From the NCBI GenBank assembly GCA_013239625.1, contig MU053216.1, forward strand, positions 436,001-496,000: a DNA stretch of 60,000 bases. The letters run 5' to 3'. Position 1 is the stretch's first letter; each line of letters opens with the position of its first letter. The notes beneath the pieces were generated by a model. That model did no database searches, was not told where the DNA came from, and saw only the letters and a list, made by a program, of their open reading frames with translations. The position numbers were made by a program, and so were the translations under genes. Shown in pieces: positions 23,428 to 36,072 of this stretch. The stretch comes from Lama guanicoe (Eukaryota).

Positions 23428-23520
23428 AGTGGATGGATGGACGGACAGACAGATGTGTGGATGGATGAGTGAAAGGACAGACGGACAGATGCACAGATGG
23501 ACAGTCAGATGGATGAATGC
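23428..23520. repeat. Degenerate (GGAT/GGAC/AGAC)n repeat
   Basis: GTGGATGGATGGACGGACAGACAGATG..., following an L2-like 3' tail. Confidence 0.85.
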
Positions 23521-24519
23521 CCGGGGTCAGGTGTCCTCCTCCCTCCGGACACACCTGGAACCCAGGCCAGGGCTCTGCACTGGCATCGGCTGCTCAGGAA
23601 GAGCAGGGAGGAACCTTGCTTCTGTCACCTCCCCGTGAGGGAGGGGATCACCGCACATCTTGGCTCTGCTGGGGGCCATGTGCAGCTAAACCGAATCTGC
23701 GTGGTCAGCTCCCACACCCCCGCCTGGGTGCCCTGCCTCTCCTGGGCCCCTAGGCCTAGGCCAGCGGGAGCTCCTGGGGCTGAGGAGACCCGGGAGCCCA
23801 GGCTGGGGTGCTCCCCGTGGGGCCGAGGTACCAGGCTGCTCCTGGGTGGGCCAGCTCGGGCCACCTCCCTCCTTCCCAGACCAGCATTTATGGCTGAAGG
23901 CGCCTCCGCAGGACCCAGGGCCCAGCCCACACAGACGCTCCCCTTGGAGCTCCAGGGGCCAAACGCCCGTGTTCAGACCATCAGCACATGCGGAGCCCGC
24001 GTGCCCGCCCCCACCCACCTCGAAGCAGCCTCTGCCCCAGACGCATGTAGCAATCAACTCCCGGAACCTTGGGGAGGTCCAAATCCAGTAGCATGTAATC
24101 ATGGAGCCTGAAATAGCCGTGCCAGGGAGGCCAGCTGCCACCTCGCGATCCCTGGGGACCTGCGGGGGCCCCACCGCGCAGCTGGGCCTCTGTCCCTCTC
24201 TGGCTGGCGGGTAAGTTGGGAGGTGCCGACAACATTCACCAGATCACCTGAGAGCTCGGGGGCAGCTCGGGGGCTGGTCCACGGCAGGCCGGGCATCTCC
24301 AGGACAAGGCCTGGGATCAGAGTCACCCAGCCTCCAGGCCCGCTGCCCCCTCCTCCCCAGTGTGGGGCCTTATCACGCAAGGCCCTCACTGTAGCCCAGC
24401 CGGCCCGCGGGCCGCTGCCCTCACCAGACCTCCTGTTCCCTTCTGACTCCGCTCTCAGCATCTCACCCCGCCATTCTCCGCAGGACCCTCACTCGCCCTT
24501 CTCTGACACCCCCGTACTC

Positions 24520-24890
24520 TTTAGTGGGTTGCATGGTGCCGTCCGAGATGGTGAGCCCAACTCCCAGAACCTGAGGGCAGAACTTTCTTTGGAAAAGGGT
24601 CTTCGCAGGTGTAACTAAGTTAAGGAGCCCAAGTATCTGGGCGGCCCTAAACCCAACGACAAGCTTCCCTGTAAGAGGCACAGAGACACACAGAGGAGAG
24701 GGGAGGCCACGGGAAGGCCCAGAGACGCAGCCCCAGGAAGGCCGGCACAGCAGAAGATGAAGGGGCCCGAGGCAGAACGTGGCCCGGCTGACACCCGCGA
24801 TTCAGACCTCGGGCCCCCAGGACTGAGGCAACCACCTGCTGCTTCAGCCGCCAGTGCATGCACGGGGAATTGCGGCAGCCCCAGGACACT
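24520..24890 (+). mobile_element. MaLR solo LTR (MLT1B/C-like)
   Basis: TTTGGAAAAGGGTCTTCGCAGGTGTAACTAAGTTAAGG...GGCCCTAAACCCAACGACAAG...AGAGACACACAGAGG matches MLT1 motifs. Confidence 0.75.
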
Positions 24891-24914
24891 GACACGCCCC
24901 TCTTCCATAACTGG

Positions 24915-25095
24915 CTCTTACTCTTCAGTGGATGTCAGAACCCCCTGGGGCTTGTGAATGCAATTACTGGTCCCACCTCCAGAGTTTCTGATTCGGCAGG
25001 TCCGGGGGGGCCTGGGAGTGTGGATTTCCGGCAGATTCCCAGGTGGGGCTGGTGCTGCTGGCCCAGGGACCCGGCTTGGAGAACCACTGCTCTGC
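24915..25095. mobile_element. MER5A-like relic
   Basis: CCCACCTCCAGAGTTTCTGATTCGGCAGGTCCGGGGGGGCCTGGGAG...TTCCCAGGTGGGGCTGGTGCTGCTGGCCCAGGGACC...GAGAACCACTGCTCT. Confidence 0.75.
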
Positions 25096-25564
25096 AAGTT
25101 CCCTCCAGACCGTGTGAGCCCAACTTCTTGGTCCCGTGAGCTTCCTCCTTCCTCAGTACTCAGGCGTCGGAGACAGTGCCTCCTGCAGGGAGCCCCAACC
25201 CCGTGCACAATTGGCTCCTTCTCTTGAAACTGGCCAGGCCCCCCCGGGGGCCTCCTGAAGATGTGCTTCCAGGAGGCTTGAGTGGGGAGGGAGGCCGGCG
25301 CTCACCACGAGAAGACCCTGCGCGTTCCACCAGGCTCTGTCTGGGGCAGGGCCCCGCCCTCAGATCCGTCTGCAAAACGGCTGACTCCCCCTTGTGCGCG
25401 TGAGACAGAAGAGCTCTTCCTGGTGACAGCGTCCTAAGGCCCTTCACTAGTGGGTGTTATTAGTTACAGCCAGCCCCACGCCCTCTCCCGGGTCGGGACC
25501 AGGGGTCTCTAGGGTTCAATGCTGATGCCAGAGTGTCAGCAGCCCCAGCCCAGCCCTGTCCCCT

Positions 25565-25870
25565 AGTTACGGATAAATGTTTATGTCCCCGCAAAAGTCA
25601 CGCTTCCACCCCCCACCCCAACACGATGGACTAGGAAGCAAGGCCCTGGAGGTAACGGGCCATGAGCGCGGAACCCCAGTGAGCAGGTCAGGAAGGAACT
25701 TCCGTCCCCGGCGTGAAGGTGCAGCGGAAGCCGACGGTCTGCGCTCGGGAGAGGGTCCTCGCCAGAACCCAGGCGGCCAGGCTCGGGTGCGGTTGGAGGT
25801 GGATCTCTGCTGTTTGTCAGCCCCCCCGTCTGTGACACGTTGTCACAGCAGTGCAGCCAGAGTCCCAGGG
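25565..25870 (+). mobile_element. MaLR solo LTR (MLT1A-like)
   Basis: Starts GTTACGGATAAATGTTTATGTCCCCGCAAAA and ends CTCTGCTGTTTGTCAGCCCCCCCGTCTGTGACACGTTGTCACAGCAG. Confidence 0.6.
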
Positions 25871-28299
25871 CCCTTGGGCACCCCCAGCGGGGGGCACGCT
25901 CCAAGGCCAGCCGCAGAGCAGGTGCTCTGCCAACGCGGCTGGCCTGTCTCTCAGGGCTTCTCTTCTGCTCCAGCAGCGCCCTCAGAATCACCTTGAGTGC
26001 GTGCATGGACTACAGGCTGGGCGGCCCGAGTGTCCGCCCCGGCCCTGCTACCTCTTGTCTGTGTCCTTGTGCCTCAGGCTATGAAATTAGGGTGATGAGG
26101 CTACCAGGATGTCCCTCCCACAGAGCTGGGACGTGAAGGGAGGTTGTGAGGAGAAGCGGCTCACACACGGAGACGGCCACGGAGCGCTGGCCATCGCCGG
26201 TCTCTGGGACGGCCGTCCCTCGGAGGAGGGCCAAAGGCATTGGATGAGGGGGCCTTCTCAGAAGCCCTGTGCTGGCTGCTCTCCCCAGGAAGCCCCCCCA
26301 GTCCCTCAGAAGCCTCGGGCACTGGGCGGCATGGTTTGGCCATGTTCTCCTGGCGAAGCTCAGGCCTGTCCTCCTCCCACCTCACCAATTCCCAGGGGCC
26401 TGGGCGCGCTCGGGGAGACCAGCCCTGGCAGAGCCCCCGAGAACAGGCCCGCAGCATCGCCAGCGGCTCAGGAGCAGCCCCATGCCCGCCGACCCCCGGC
26501 AGGCGGCCGGGGCTGGGGGCTGCGCCGGTGCCAGCTGGGTCTGTCTGGAGTCTGACATGGCTCTTGGTGAACTTCACAGCTCGGCACGGGGTTGGGGCTT
26601 CAGGGCGCCCCCAGCAGTCACGCGCTTCTCCCGGGGCTGGGGTGGGGGGCCAGGCCGGGCTGCTTCCTGTTTCCTCCCTTTGCTGCTGCCGCTGCGCTTC
26701 CCTGGTTCTGCTCGGGCCCCCCCCGGCCCAGGCCTGGGTCTTTCTGGGCTGTTCTCCTGCTTCTCCGTGGACCCTCCTCACCCCCACCCAGTTCCTACCT
26801 TCCCTGGGCTCGGCTGGCTGCTTGCGGTTTCTCTTGGCCATGGCCCCAGCCTGGCGTGACACATCTGGTGCGGCCACCTCTCCTTCCCACGCGGCCAGGG
26901 AGGGGCGCCATGGGGAGCTGAGTCTCTGGGCCCCTGCCCCACTGGCCACTCCGCACTCCCCAAGCCCGCTTCCCAGGCCGGACATCTGATTCTGGCCGGG
27001 AAGAGTGGGACCTCCACCAACATTCCAGGAATGTCCACGGGACCTTGGAACAGCCAAGTCCCTGGGGCCTGGCCTGCTGTGGACACACCTCTCCCAGGAG
27101 CAGAGAGGCACAGGCAGGGATGTGTCCCCAGACTCATTCCCAATCCTTTGACTCCCAACAGGCATTCGTTTTGCCAGCACTTGTGGGGAAGGAGGGCAGG
27201 CACCTGACGATGGCCACCAAAGAGGCTTCCTTTCAGCCGTGACAGAAGGACACAGCCTTCGAAGTCCAGCATCCCCGGGTGGCCCTGCCCTCCCCAGAGC
27301 TTGTCTGAGCCTCTGCTCCCTCGTCTGACAGCAGAGAGGGGCTTTGCGAGGATGAAATCAGGTCAGGAGTATAAAACACCACACACAGTGCTGGCCCGGC
27401 ATGGGGGCTCGACACAACCACTGCCGCACCCTCGCCCCTCAGCCCGGCAGGCTGGGCCTGGTGCTCCAGACTCTGCCTGAGTCAGGGGGACGGGGCCTCA
27501 CTTCGAGGCCCCCAGCTCCAAAATCTCAGGAGGTAACAGCCACCGAACAGAACCTTTAAGTGAGTTCTACAACACCCCACTCCCAACACACCCACGCACA
27601 CGCACACGCCCACGTCCACACGAGCACAACACTCACTCACGCGCTGGTGTCCTTCGGTAGAACGACCCGCGTTCCAGCTTGTCCTGGATGCCTGGTCGCC
27701 TCCCTGCAGGCACCTCAACTCAGCAAGTCCAAAGGGACCTGAGCGTCCCCTTGCCCTGCGCCCCCCGAGCTCGTCCCCTGGGGTTCACGGCTCACTACTT
27801 GCTCGGCACGTCCTTACTAAGCTCCGCCACACGCCAGGCTCCCAGCCCCGGCCTCCGCGTCCAGCCCGGTGTCCGAGCCCGGAGCCCGTGGTCAGTCTGG
27901 CCCCTTCTCTCCCTCACACCCACCTCCAGTCAACCCGCCAGCAGTAAGAGTAACCGCGGCAGAAGTAGCACAGAGGTGCCGGCCCGTATTTCCTTCCATC
28001 CCGTCGAGAGACATGGGCGCTCTCCCCACCTCCGTTTTACTGGAAAAGGAGCAGACGCACCGAGGTCAGTAACCGCCCAGGCCTTACAGGGAGCGAAGGA
28101 GCTGAGACGCAACCCCCAGGGCTGGGTTCTGATGGCCCAGCTCCTTGATGTCCCCAGAGTCGGTCAACTGCTCCTCAAGCCGCTGCCCCACCTTTCCGTC
28201 GACTCCATCATGATCTATCGGCATAGGAGCCAGTCGCTGGCTCCTGCCTCCAGGCTGTCCTCCTTGACTGCTGCCAGCATGATGTTTGATGATGCGAAC

Positions 28300-28570
28300 T
28301 CCATCGCATCACTCTCCTGCTGAAAGTCCTTCCTCGGCTCCCCAGGGTCTTAAGCACAAAGTCCAAATCCTCATCCCTCCCTGATTCCAGGTCTCACTCC
28401 CTCCTGCCCCTGCCCCCAGCACCCCACAACAGGCAGCCAGACTCGCCCCCTTGCACACTCTCCGCAATTCACTCACTTCCTCCTTGTCTCTGAGTCTTTG
28501 CATATGCTGTTCCCTCTGCCTGGAACGCCCTTCCCTGCCTCTTCACCTGATCCTTCAAGATGCAAAAACT
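28300..28570 (+). mobile_element. L2 LINE relic
   Basis: CACTCTCCTGCTGAAAGTCCTTCC...AAAGTCCAAATCCTC...TTTGCATATGCTGTTCCCTCTGCCTGGAACGCCCTTCCC. Confidence 0.7.
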
Positions 28571-30219
28571 CAGGTTTTGCCTTTCCAGCCAAGCCTCCAA
28601 GCCTCAAAAACATGTGTAAAGACAACGAGTGGGTGACCAGTCAAGTGAGCAAAATCACAGGCGCATCAGCACACATCACAGCCGTGCCAGGTCCTCACAC
28701 TGACCGCGTGAGCTCCTCATGGAGCCCTGTGAGCTCGGCAGGGGAGGTCAGCACCCCCACGGGGCACAGAGAGGGTCAGAGACTCCACAGTGAGTGCCAG
28801 AGCCCAGCAGGGGGCCAAGCCTGCTGGTCAGGTCTGCGTCACACCTAGGGAGTGCTGCGCCCCTGCCCTGCCACACACCCCCCCACCCCGGGCAGCAGGA
28901 GCGACAGCTGGATCAGCTAGGTCTCCCAGCCACGGGGCTGCCACCCCTCAGGAGCACAGGAACTGCCTGTGTGGCCCACGTGTCTAGAAGACGAGACCTT
29001 CAGAGTTCCTGAGCACAAAAAAGATGCAAGTCGCAGTATAAAACATTCACCTCAGAGGAAGTGTGAAAAAGTCTGGGGAAAGTCTTTGCCCCTGTGAAGA
29101 CTTCTTGGATACTTTGCACGAAACGTCAAACTGCCCCTGCGTCGCTGGTGCCCGGAGCAATGGTTTAGTCTTTCCTGGGAGGGGAGTAGGCCCAGCCTTC
29201 CTGGCCTTTGATCCTCTGACCTTGGCCTCGAGGGGCACACCAGCGGCCTGACCCTGTTCATTGGTGACTCTGGACAGAGGGAGAGGAGGTGACCCCCAGA
29301 GGCCCAGCCCTTGTAGGGGTGGAGGGTGGAAATGGAGGAGGATGGGGGAGGTAGGGGCAGCTCTACCACTTCGGCATCTGGGGAGGGTGGAGGGTTAGGG
29401 CAGGAAGGAGGGAGACAGGCCTGGGTTGGGTGGCAGGGCTGGGCCCCTACGCCTGCCCTCTGTGTATGGTGGGTCGTGAGGACGAGAGGATGGGGCAGGG
29501 ACCACAGGCCAGGACACCAGAGGCCTCTGTCCTGAGACACCGCATGCTAAGTGGTCCTCCGTCACCCCCATGGCTGAAGGTTAGGCCCAGTCCTGGTTCC
29601 CAGCTTTGACTTCTCTCCCGTCAGACGCAGATGTACCTAGAAATTCAGCTGCCTCACAGGGCATGCGTCAGGCACCAACTGTGTTCCAGGCCCCGTGGTG
29701 CGCACCCATCACCTGCCGGGAGACCACAGCACCTGTTTCTGCGTCCATCCTGGGGCCACAACACCCCTAATGGACAGGAGAGGAACTGCAGGGCTCCCTG
29801 GAGGGAGGGATGGACGGGTCATGGGCAGCCAGTGAGTCCAGGACTCTGGGGAAATGAGTGTCTGAGCGGCACCCCACCAAGCTGAGGGTCAGAGCGGGTG
29901 AGGTGGGGAGACAGACGGCTCCTGACGCTTCTCTGGGGCGGCAGCCTCCAGCCAACCTCCACCCAGGCTCCTTGGCAGAAGGCCAGACACCCCGGGACGA
30001 CGGCCCCAGAGGCCCCGTCCCCACCCTCCTCCGGCGGGGCTGGGTGCCTCCCGACCCCAAAATACCCACGCAAGTGTGCACACGACTTCCTGCCACAAGC
30101 CCCCAGAAAAACCAAAGCCTGGAGCGCGCCACAGGGACACGGAGTGAAGGGGCCCGAGGGCCGGGGCCGTGACTCAGGCCCAGGAAGCAGGTGTCCAGGC
30201 CCACCCGCCATGGACTCAC

Positions 30220-30291
30220 AGAGACTGCAGGCTCGGCAGCTCCCACAGTGCCTCCGCAGGGACGCCTCCCAGCCGGTTGTTCTGCAGCATC
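30220..30291 (-). CDS. LGR6: LGR6 exon 4 (one LRR, 72 nt)
   Basis: ttccttccag|G ATG CTG CAG AAC AAC CGG...CAG TCT CT|gtgagt, encoding [24 protein letters not shown]. Confidence 0.97.
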
Positions 30292-33200
30292 CTGGAAGGA
30301 AAGGAGACGGCGTGAAGGACCGCACGGCCTCGAACGGCCCCACGCCAGGCCTATTTGGAGCCCAGAGAGCCCTGGCCCCTTCCCAGCCCCACAGGCGTCC
30401 AGAGGCTGTGGAGGTGTTGGGGGCTGGGCCCGGGCTGGGAGGCTGCCTCGGAAGGGCTCGTGGGCCGAGGCAGGACTGGAGAGAAGCAGAGGGGCCCCTC
30501 GGGGAAGCAGCGAGGCCAGGAAACAGAGCACGGGACTCCCTCGCACTTCGGTCCGGGAGGACGCGGGGAAAGGTGTCACTCCTCCCTGGCCTCCGCTTCT
30601 CTGTCTGCAGCTGAGAGGCGGAGGGTTCCCTGAGGAAGGGGAGGGTGAGGGGCCCAGGCAGACATGCAGCTGTGGGCTGCCTATCTGTAGAGCCAACGGA
30701 GATGTCCGGATCGGCGTGTCGGGACAGCCCGGGGGCCCCATCGCACACGGCCTGTGGACAGATCCCCCAGGAGGCTGCCCTCCCGGCCCCGCAGGGTGGT
30801 GGGTCAGGGAGCGGGCAGCAGGGGAGAAAGGGGGGTCTGGGCCCCCTTGGGTGGCACTGCCGACCCCAGGCACCAGAGCTGTCCTCAGAAAAGGCTGCGG
30901 AAGTCACTCCAAAGCACAGGGAGTCCCTGAAGACTCGGGCCCTGGGTGGGGGTCCTGCCCGCCTGGCTCTGAGGAGGGCCTGGGTGGTAGCGGCCTTTGC
31001 AGCATCCCCCTATCCACCGCCGGCCTCTAGAGCTGCCCAGAAATGAGGAGGAGGCAGGCCCATGGGGCGGGGCTGGCCACCCAGGGGTCAGGGAACAGCT
31101 GGGGGCAGGCAGAAAGCGGCCCCACCTGGCGGCCCGCACGCCCGCCATCCGGCCCTCCTGTCCAGGCACTGTCCCGAGGGAGCAGGTCTATCCTAGGGCA
31201 GGCTGCTCTGGAGCTGCGGGTGGGGCCTCCAGGGAGACCATGTGTGCCAGCCACCTCTTACCCCCTGCAGGGTGTTGCTCCTCCCTGGCCAGCTCCACGG
31301 CCCCAGGCGTGGGGTGGGATGAGGAGCTCTGGCCACAGGTGCCCCCTCACCCAACAGGCACCAGTCCTCAGAGGCTCCTGCATCTACTCACAGACCCGGG
31401 AGGAAAGAACCGTGGCCTCCCTGAGGGCAGCCCCGATGGTGGAGCTGGGCAGGGGCAGTGAACCCGAGCACGCAGCCTTCAGGGCTCTGCGGGACAGAGA
31501 CCCCACCTAGAGTCTCAGGAAAAGGCCTGAGGCAGGGGCTTGACCGGAACCTGTGGGCCGAAGACGTGGAGAACCAGCAGAGGAAGGCGAGGCCCAAGAG
31601 TGACACCTCAGGTCAGGTGTGGGGCTGGGGGAGGGACGCAGGGGTCCTGCCACAGCCACTGGGGGAGAGTCAGGAGGAAGTACCCTCGTGTTGGTCCTCG
31701 GCCTCTGGGAGGGCAGGATGGAGGTCGGGTGTCCCACCCGGACAGCCCAGCCCCACAGGAAGGAAGATGCAGCTCAGACAAGGGTCCAGGGAGCTGCTGA
31801 AGTGACCCTGTCCCTTGGCACCGGAGGGGACATTGTGCCAATGGGGGGGCTCTGCTGTCTTTCTCGTACAGGTCTGAAAAGGAGTGACAAAGGGCACCGA
31901 GGCAGGAGAAGGAGACACCAGACACTGTGAAGCACTTCTTGCTCAGATGCAGGTGAAGCCCCTTGCTTGGAAGGCGCTGAGTAAAAGGACACGCTCCCCA
32001 AGACCACCCACTCACCCCGAAGCAGAGGGGTCTGCAGGCAGAGTGGACACGAAGGCTTTGGGGGCCCAGGGTCAGTGGCGGGAGGGGATGGACAGCTGGC
32101 TGCCCCTGGCTCCAGCCACCCAGCTGCCCACTGTGCTGGGCCGCGAAGGGGCAGGGCTGCAGCTTCCAGGAGCTTTGACTTTTTGCCCAAAGCAGGCGAA
32201 GAAGAAAGGCTCACCCCTAAGCTGGAGACTCGGGAACGAGGGACGGGTCTCACGTCCTCTGAATTCCCGACAGACAGAGCCTGCTCTCTGATCTGGCTGC
32301 AGGTCGGGGCCTGGCTGGGCAGGGACCCACCTCCACACAGGCCGCCCGGGCCTTGTGTCTGGCTTGGGGCGCCTCCCCCATCGTCCTGCAGGCAGCGGTG
32401 TTGATGGGAGCAGGACGGACGGAGAGAAGAGGCAGGAAGAAGGAGAAGAAGGGCTGGTGAGAGGGAGGGCAGGTCTGAGGCAGAGAGGGAGGTGGGGGGC
32501 AGGAGACCAGGCTGCGACAGAGGCTGAGCAGAGGAAGGGCAGACGAGAGACCAGAGAGCCCTGGGATCAGGGGCTCCGAGGCAGGTCGAGAGAGAGGCTG
32601 GGGGCCAGCGGTGCCGAGTCCGACCACGTGGAGTAAGAAGGGGATGGGCTGGGGACTGCTGACTGGCCAGAGCCTGAAGCTCACAGGCCACAGGGACAGG
32701 GCCACTGCTAGCCCAGGGACTACCTGGAGCGAATTAGAAAAAGGTACTCCTTTCTAGATGGATGTAGCCCTAAGGCAGGCACAGGACTGGATTTCAGCCC
32801 CTTCCCACCCCTTAGCCGGATGCTCTTGTGCAGTGAACAACCTGCTCAACTGTATAAAGAAGACCTGCAGGTCAAGTCAGGGCTGGGGGGCAGGAGAGGC
32901 GGGGAGTGGCTCACCACTTTGGGAAGTCTCTAACGCTCTTCTATTGCTCCAGAATCAGCCCCCAGGGTACTCATTGTCTTCCCAAGCCAGTCCCCGTGGT
33001 GAGGTGACCTCCCAGGGAACACTCCCCCTGCCCGCAGACCCTCTGCACCTCCTCTCCCACCTCCTTCCACCCACACGCATCACAGCAACAGGCGTGGGGC
33101 CAGGGGACGACAGCCCCGGTGGGGACAAACGAGCCATGGACCGGGGTCAGGTAGGGGTGCCTTCCATCCCCCTTCCCCCAGTGGGCCGTCTGGTCACTGG

Positions 33201-33737
33201 AAGAGGGACGTTAGGGGAGGTGATAAGAGGGCCTCTTCAATTCTCACTTTCCTTTTGCTTTGAGGAAAGGTGAGCGGGCCTGGGAGGGAGAGGAGAAAGT
33301 TTACAGGAGAATGAGACTCAGTGTGGAAGCCAGAGACCAAGCCTGGGGCCAAGGGGAAGGGCCCAGAGAGGACCTGCCGATTCGTCTCCAGAAACAGTCC
33401 CAGCCCTCCGGCCTGGGAGGTCTGGGGGAGCACAAGGGTCTGTCCCTGGGCCCAGCCCCATGAAGTCCTGGACTGACGGGCCCGCTGCACGTCACAGAAG
33501 AAGCAAGTTCGCGTCCCTGCGCTGTGGCACGAGCATCAGGTGCAATTAAATGTTTGTTTACAAACCATAAAGTTTGTTACAGACAAGGCGAGAGCAGAGA
33601 AATGGAAATAATCAAAACGAAGTGAAGACAAGGAAGCAAGAAGCCAGTGGCAAACCGAGACACTGGGCTCGAAACCTGACTTTGCCCAGAGATCTCAAGG
33701 CCCTGTGTCCAGGTAACACGGGTGTCCTTGGACTTAC

Positions 33738-33809
33738 AGGGTTTTCAGGCTGTAGAGACCGGCGAACGCTTGTCCCGGGATGTGTGAGAGGTGGTTCCCA
33801 GAGAGACGC
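33738..33809 (-). CDS. LGR6: LGR6 exon 3 (one LRR, 72 nt)
   Basis: gatttgcag|G CGT CTC TCT GGG AAC CAC...AAA ACC CT|gtaagt, encoding [24 protein letters not shown]. Confidence 0.97.
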
Positions 33810-35593
33810 CTGCAAATCAGAGGAAAGGGCAGCGTGTCGGCAGGGAGCCAAGGTGGGTGACCTCCCTTGGCCAGCGTCGCGGGGTGTTCCTAGAATGCCC
33901 AACTTTCAGACAAGGAAACCGAGGCTCGGAGAGGCCAGCTCGCTCTCCACTAGGCTCACAGGGCGTGGTGTCCTCGCCAGCTGTGATCAACCTCCAGGCC
34001 CACGTCCGCTTCAGTGCTGGCCTGCTCACCACGGCCGCCCTCACCCCCGAGCTGCGCTGCATCGGCTCACGAGACAGACGGACGTGCCTACGTCTCCCCA
34101 CGCCCCACACTTCACAGCCAGGCCCACCAACCCGGGAGGGCAGGATATGGGGCGTTGGTCCAATGAGGCATTTCCACGTTTGTCGTGGGGTGGCGACCAG
34201 CTGTGACAGGAGCGAGTGCCGTGGAATGTGCTAGGTGCGCTAAAGCCTGGCTGGGCAGAGCACCGGGACGGGCTGGAAGGCCCTGCCAGACCTCCCGACC
34301 ACATTGTTACACATGTCCATTCTTACCAAGACGCTTGCAGATGTAGAAACTGTGCTGACGCAGCTTAGAAGCTATTTTTAAAAAAATGTATCTCTACTAA
34401 GAGTCTCTTTATTTGACATTTATTATTTTAAAAAAACACGTGGAAAGGCATCATATGTGGGGTCTCCAAGCTTGGGTTCTGCATGTGGGCATTTTGCCTC
34501 TAAAATGGCCCCACCCCCTCTCCGGGAGTAGGGGATGGAGGACCAGCTTCCGGGTCGCAGGTGTGCCCGTGGGTCACCCGACCAGCTCCCCCGCCTCTTC
34601 CTGCTTTCCTCTCCCACCCAAGCTGGGCCCCTCCACCTTGAGAGCCCTTGCTGCCCCTCACTCTGTCCCTTGCTTTGAGTCCTGGCTTCAATTTCCTCCC
34701 CAGGAAGGCTTCCCTAGCCCACCCACGCTGCCCCTGCCTGACCTGAGAGCCGGAGAGCCGGGGCCCATGCCAAGTGCCCACCCATCCTGCTCGGGGCTGC
34801 AGCCGGCAGGGGACAGGGGGCTTTGTTTTGTTTCCCCTGAAGCACCTTGAGCTCCCCTTTCACACGGGAAGGGGAGTGGAGACTGAGTACTTGGTCTGGA
34901 AAGAAGCTCAGCCGTGGCCATGGGGTGACGGGCAGGCTATGTGCACTCTTAGAGGGCACTGTCTTGGGCCAGGATGGGGAGACCTGCTAGGGAGGAGGGG
35001 GTCGGGGTGGAGGTGGAGCATGGAGTGTGTTTGGGGCCAGAAGCCCACGGTTTGAGAGTTCAAGCAGAGCCCGGTAGAGCCCTAGGGATCCAGGGTGGTG
35101 CCCAAAAAGAGCCAGCAGGCTAGGGGGGCCGGGAATTGGCAAGGATGAGAGTGGTTGGGAGCAACATGGCCTGGCTGCCCAGAGCAGGCGGGCGGGTACT
35201 CTGGCTGAGAAGCTGGCTTGCTTATGGGCACCACTAGGGCATGAGGCCATCCTGCAGGGTGACCGCCGTGCGGAGGATTAACCAGGGAGGACTTTGTGGA
35301 GGAAGTGGGCCTCGCGTTGGCCCTGATCGAGTGGAGAACAAGCTGGTGGGCCTGCGGGCTGGAGGGGAACATACTCAAATGCAGGAGGGAAGCAGGGATG
35401 TGAGCAGGACCAGCCTCATTGGAGCAAAGCTGGCCAGGTGGGCTTGGGCCCACGACAGAGCGTCTTCGAAGTGGGTCCTTTGGGCCACAGGGAGCCAGAG
35501 GAGGCACCTGACCTGGGAAGATGCACTCTGAAGATGGGCAGAGTGCACCAGAAATGAGGTGGGCGATCTGCCTGTTAGAGGCTGGTGCAGCCC

Positions 35594-35662
35594 CACAGGT
35601 GAGGGGACGTCCAGGGACACAGATTAGGGGATGTCCAGGGACACAGCTTAGGGGATGTCCAG
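35594..35662. repeat. 24-bp minisatellite, about 3 copies
   Basis: CACAGGTGAGGGGACGTCCAGGGA / CACAGATTAGGGGATGTCCAGGGA / CACAGCTTAGGGGATGTCCAG. Confidence 0.85.
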
Positions 35663-36000
35663 TCAGCGGCAGTGGGAACAGGACCGAGGGACACTTCAGG
35701 GAAACACCTCCGGGCCTGGGGAGCAGGTCGGGGACAACCCCTGGAGAGGAGCAGAACAGACGGAAAGGAGGAAGGCTGCAGAGGGGTGGTCGGGGGAGGA
35801 GCGGAAGCTGGATTTCCGAGCTCCTGCACCATGCAGCCCCCACTGCCACCCTCGGTCCCACACCTGGGCCAGGTAGACCAGGCCCTGCTCCCCAGGACAG
35901 CTTCCCAAGGCCCTTCCTGCTGAGTCTGCCCCTCCTGGGGAGCCAGGGCCTAGGTGTCAGAGGTCACAGCACCTCCAGCCCCGGCGGAGGCTCTACTCAC

Positions 36001-36072
36001 AGTTCCTCCAGGAAGCGCAGGTGGTGGAAGAGGCCGGGCTGCAGCTCCGTGAGGTTGTTCATGCTCAGGTCT
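36001..36072 (-). CDS. LGR6: LGR6 exon 2 (one LRR, 72 nt)
   Basis: tcctccctgcag|A GAC CTG AGC ATG AAC AAC...GAG GAA CT|gtgagt, encoding [24 protein letters not shown]. Phase 2-2. Confidence 0.97.

Noticed and set aside
29206..29219. 14-mer CTTTGATCCTCTGA repeated at 43614
   Set aside because: A few 14-mer matches are expected by chance in 60 kb, and the flanks do not extend.
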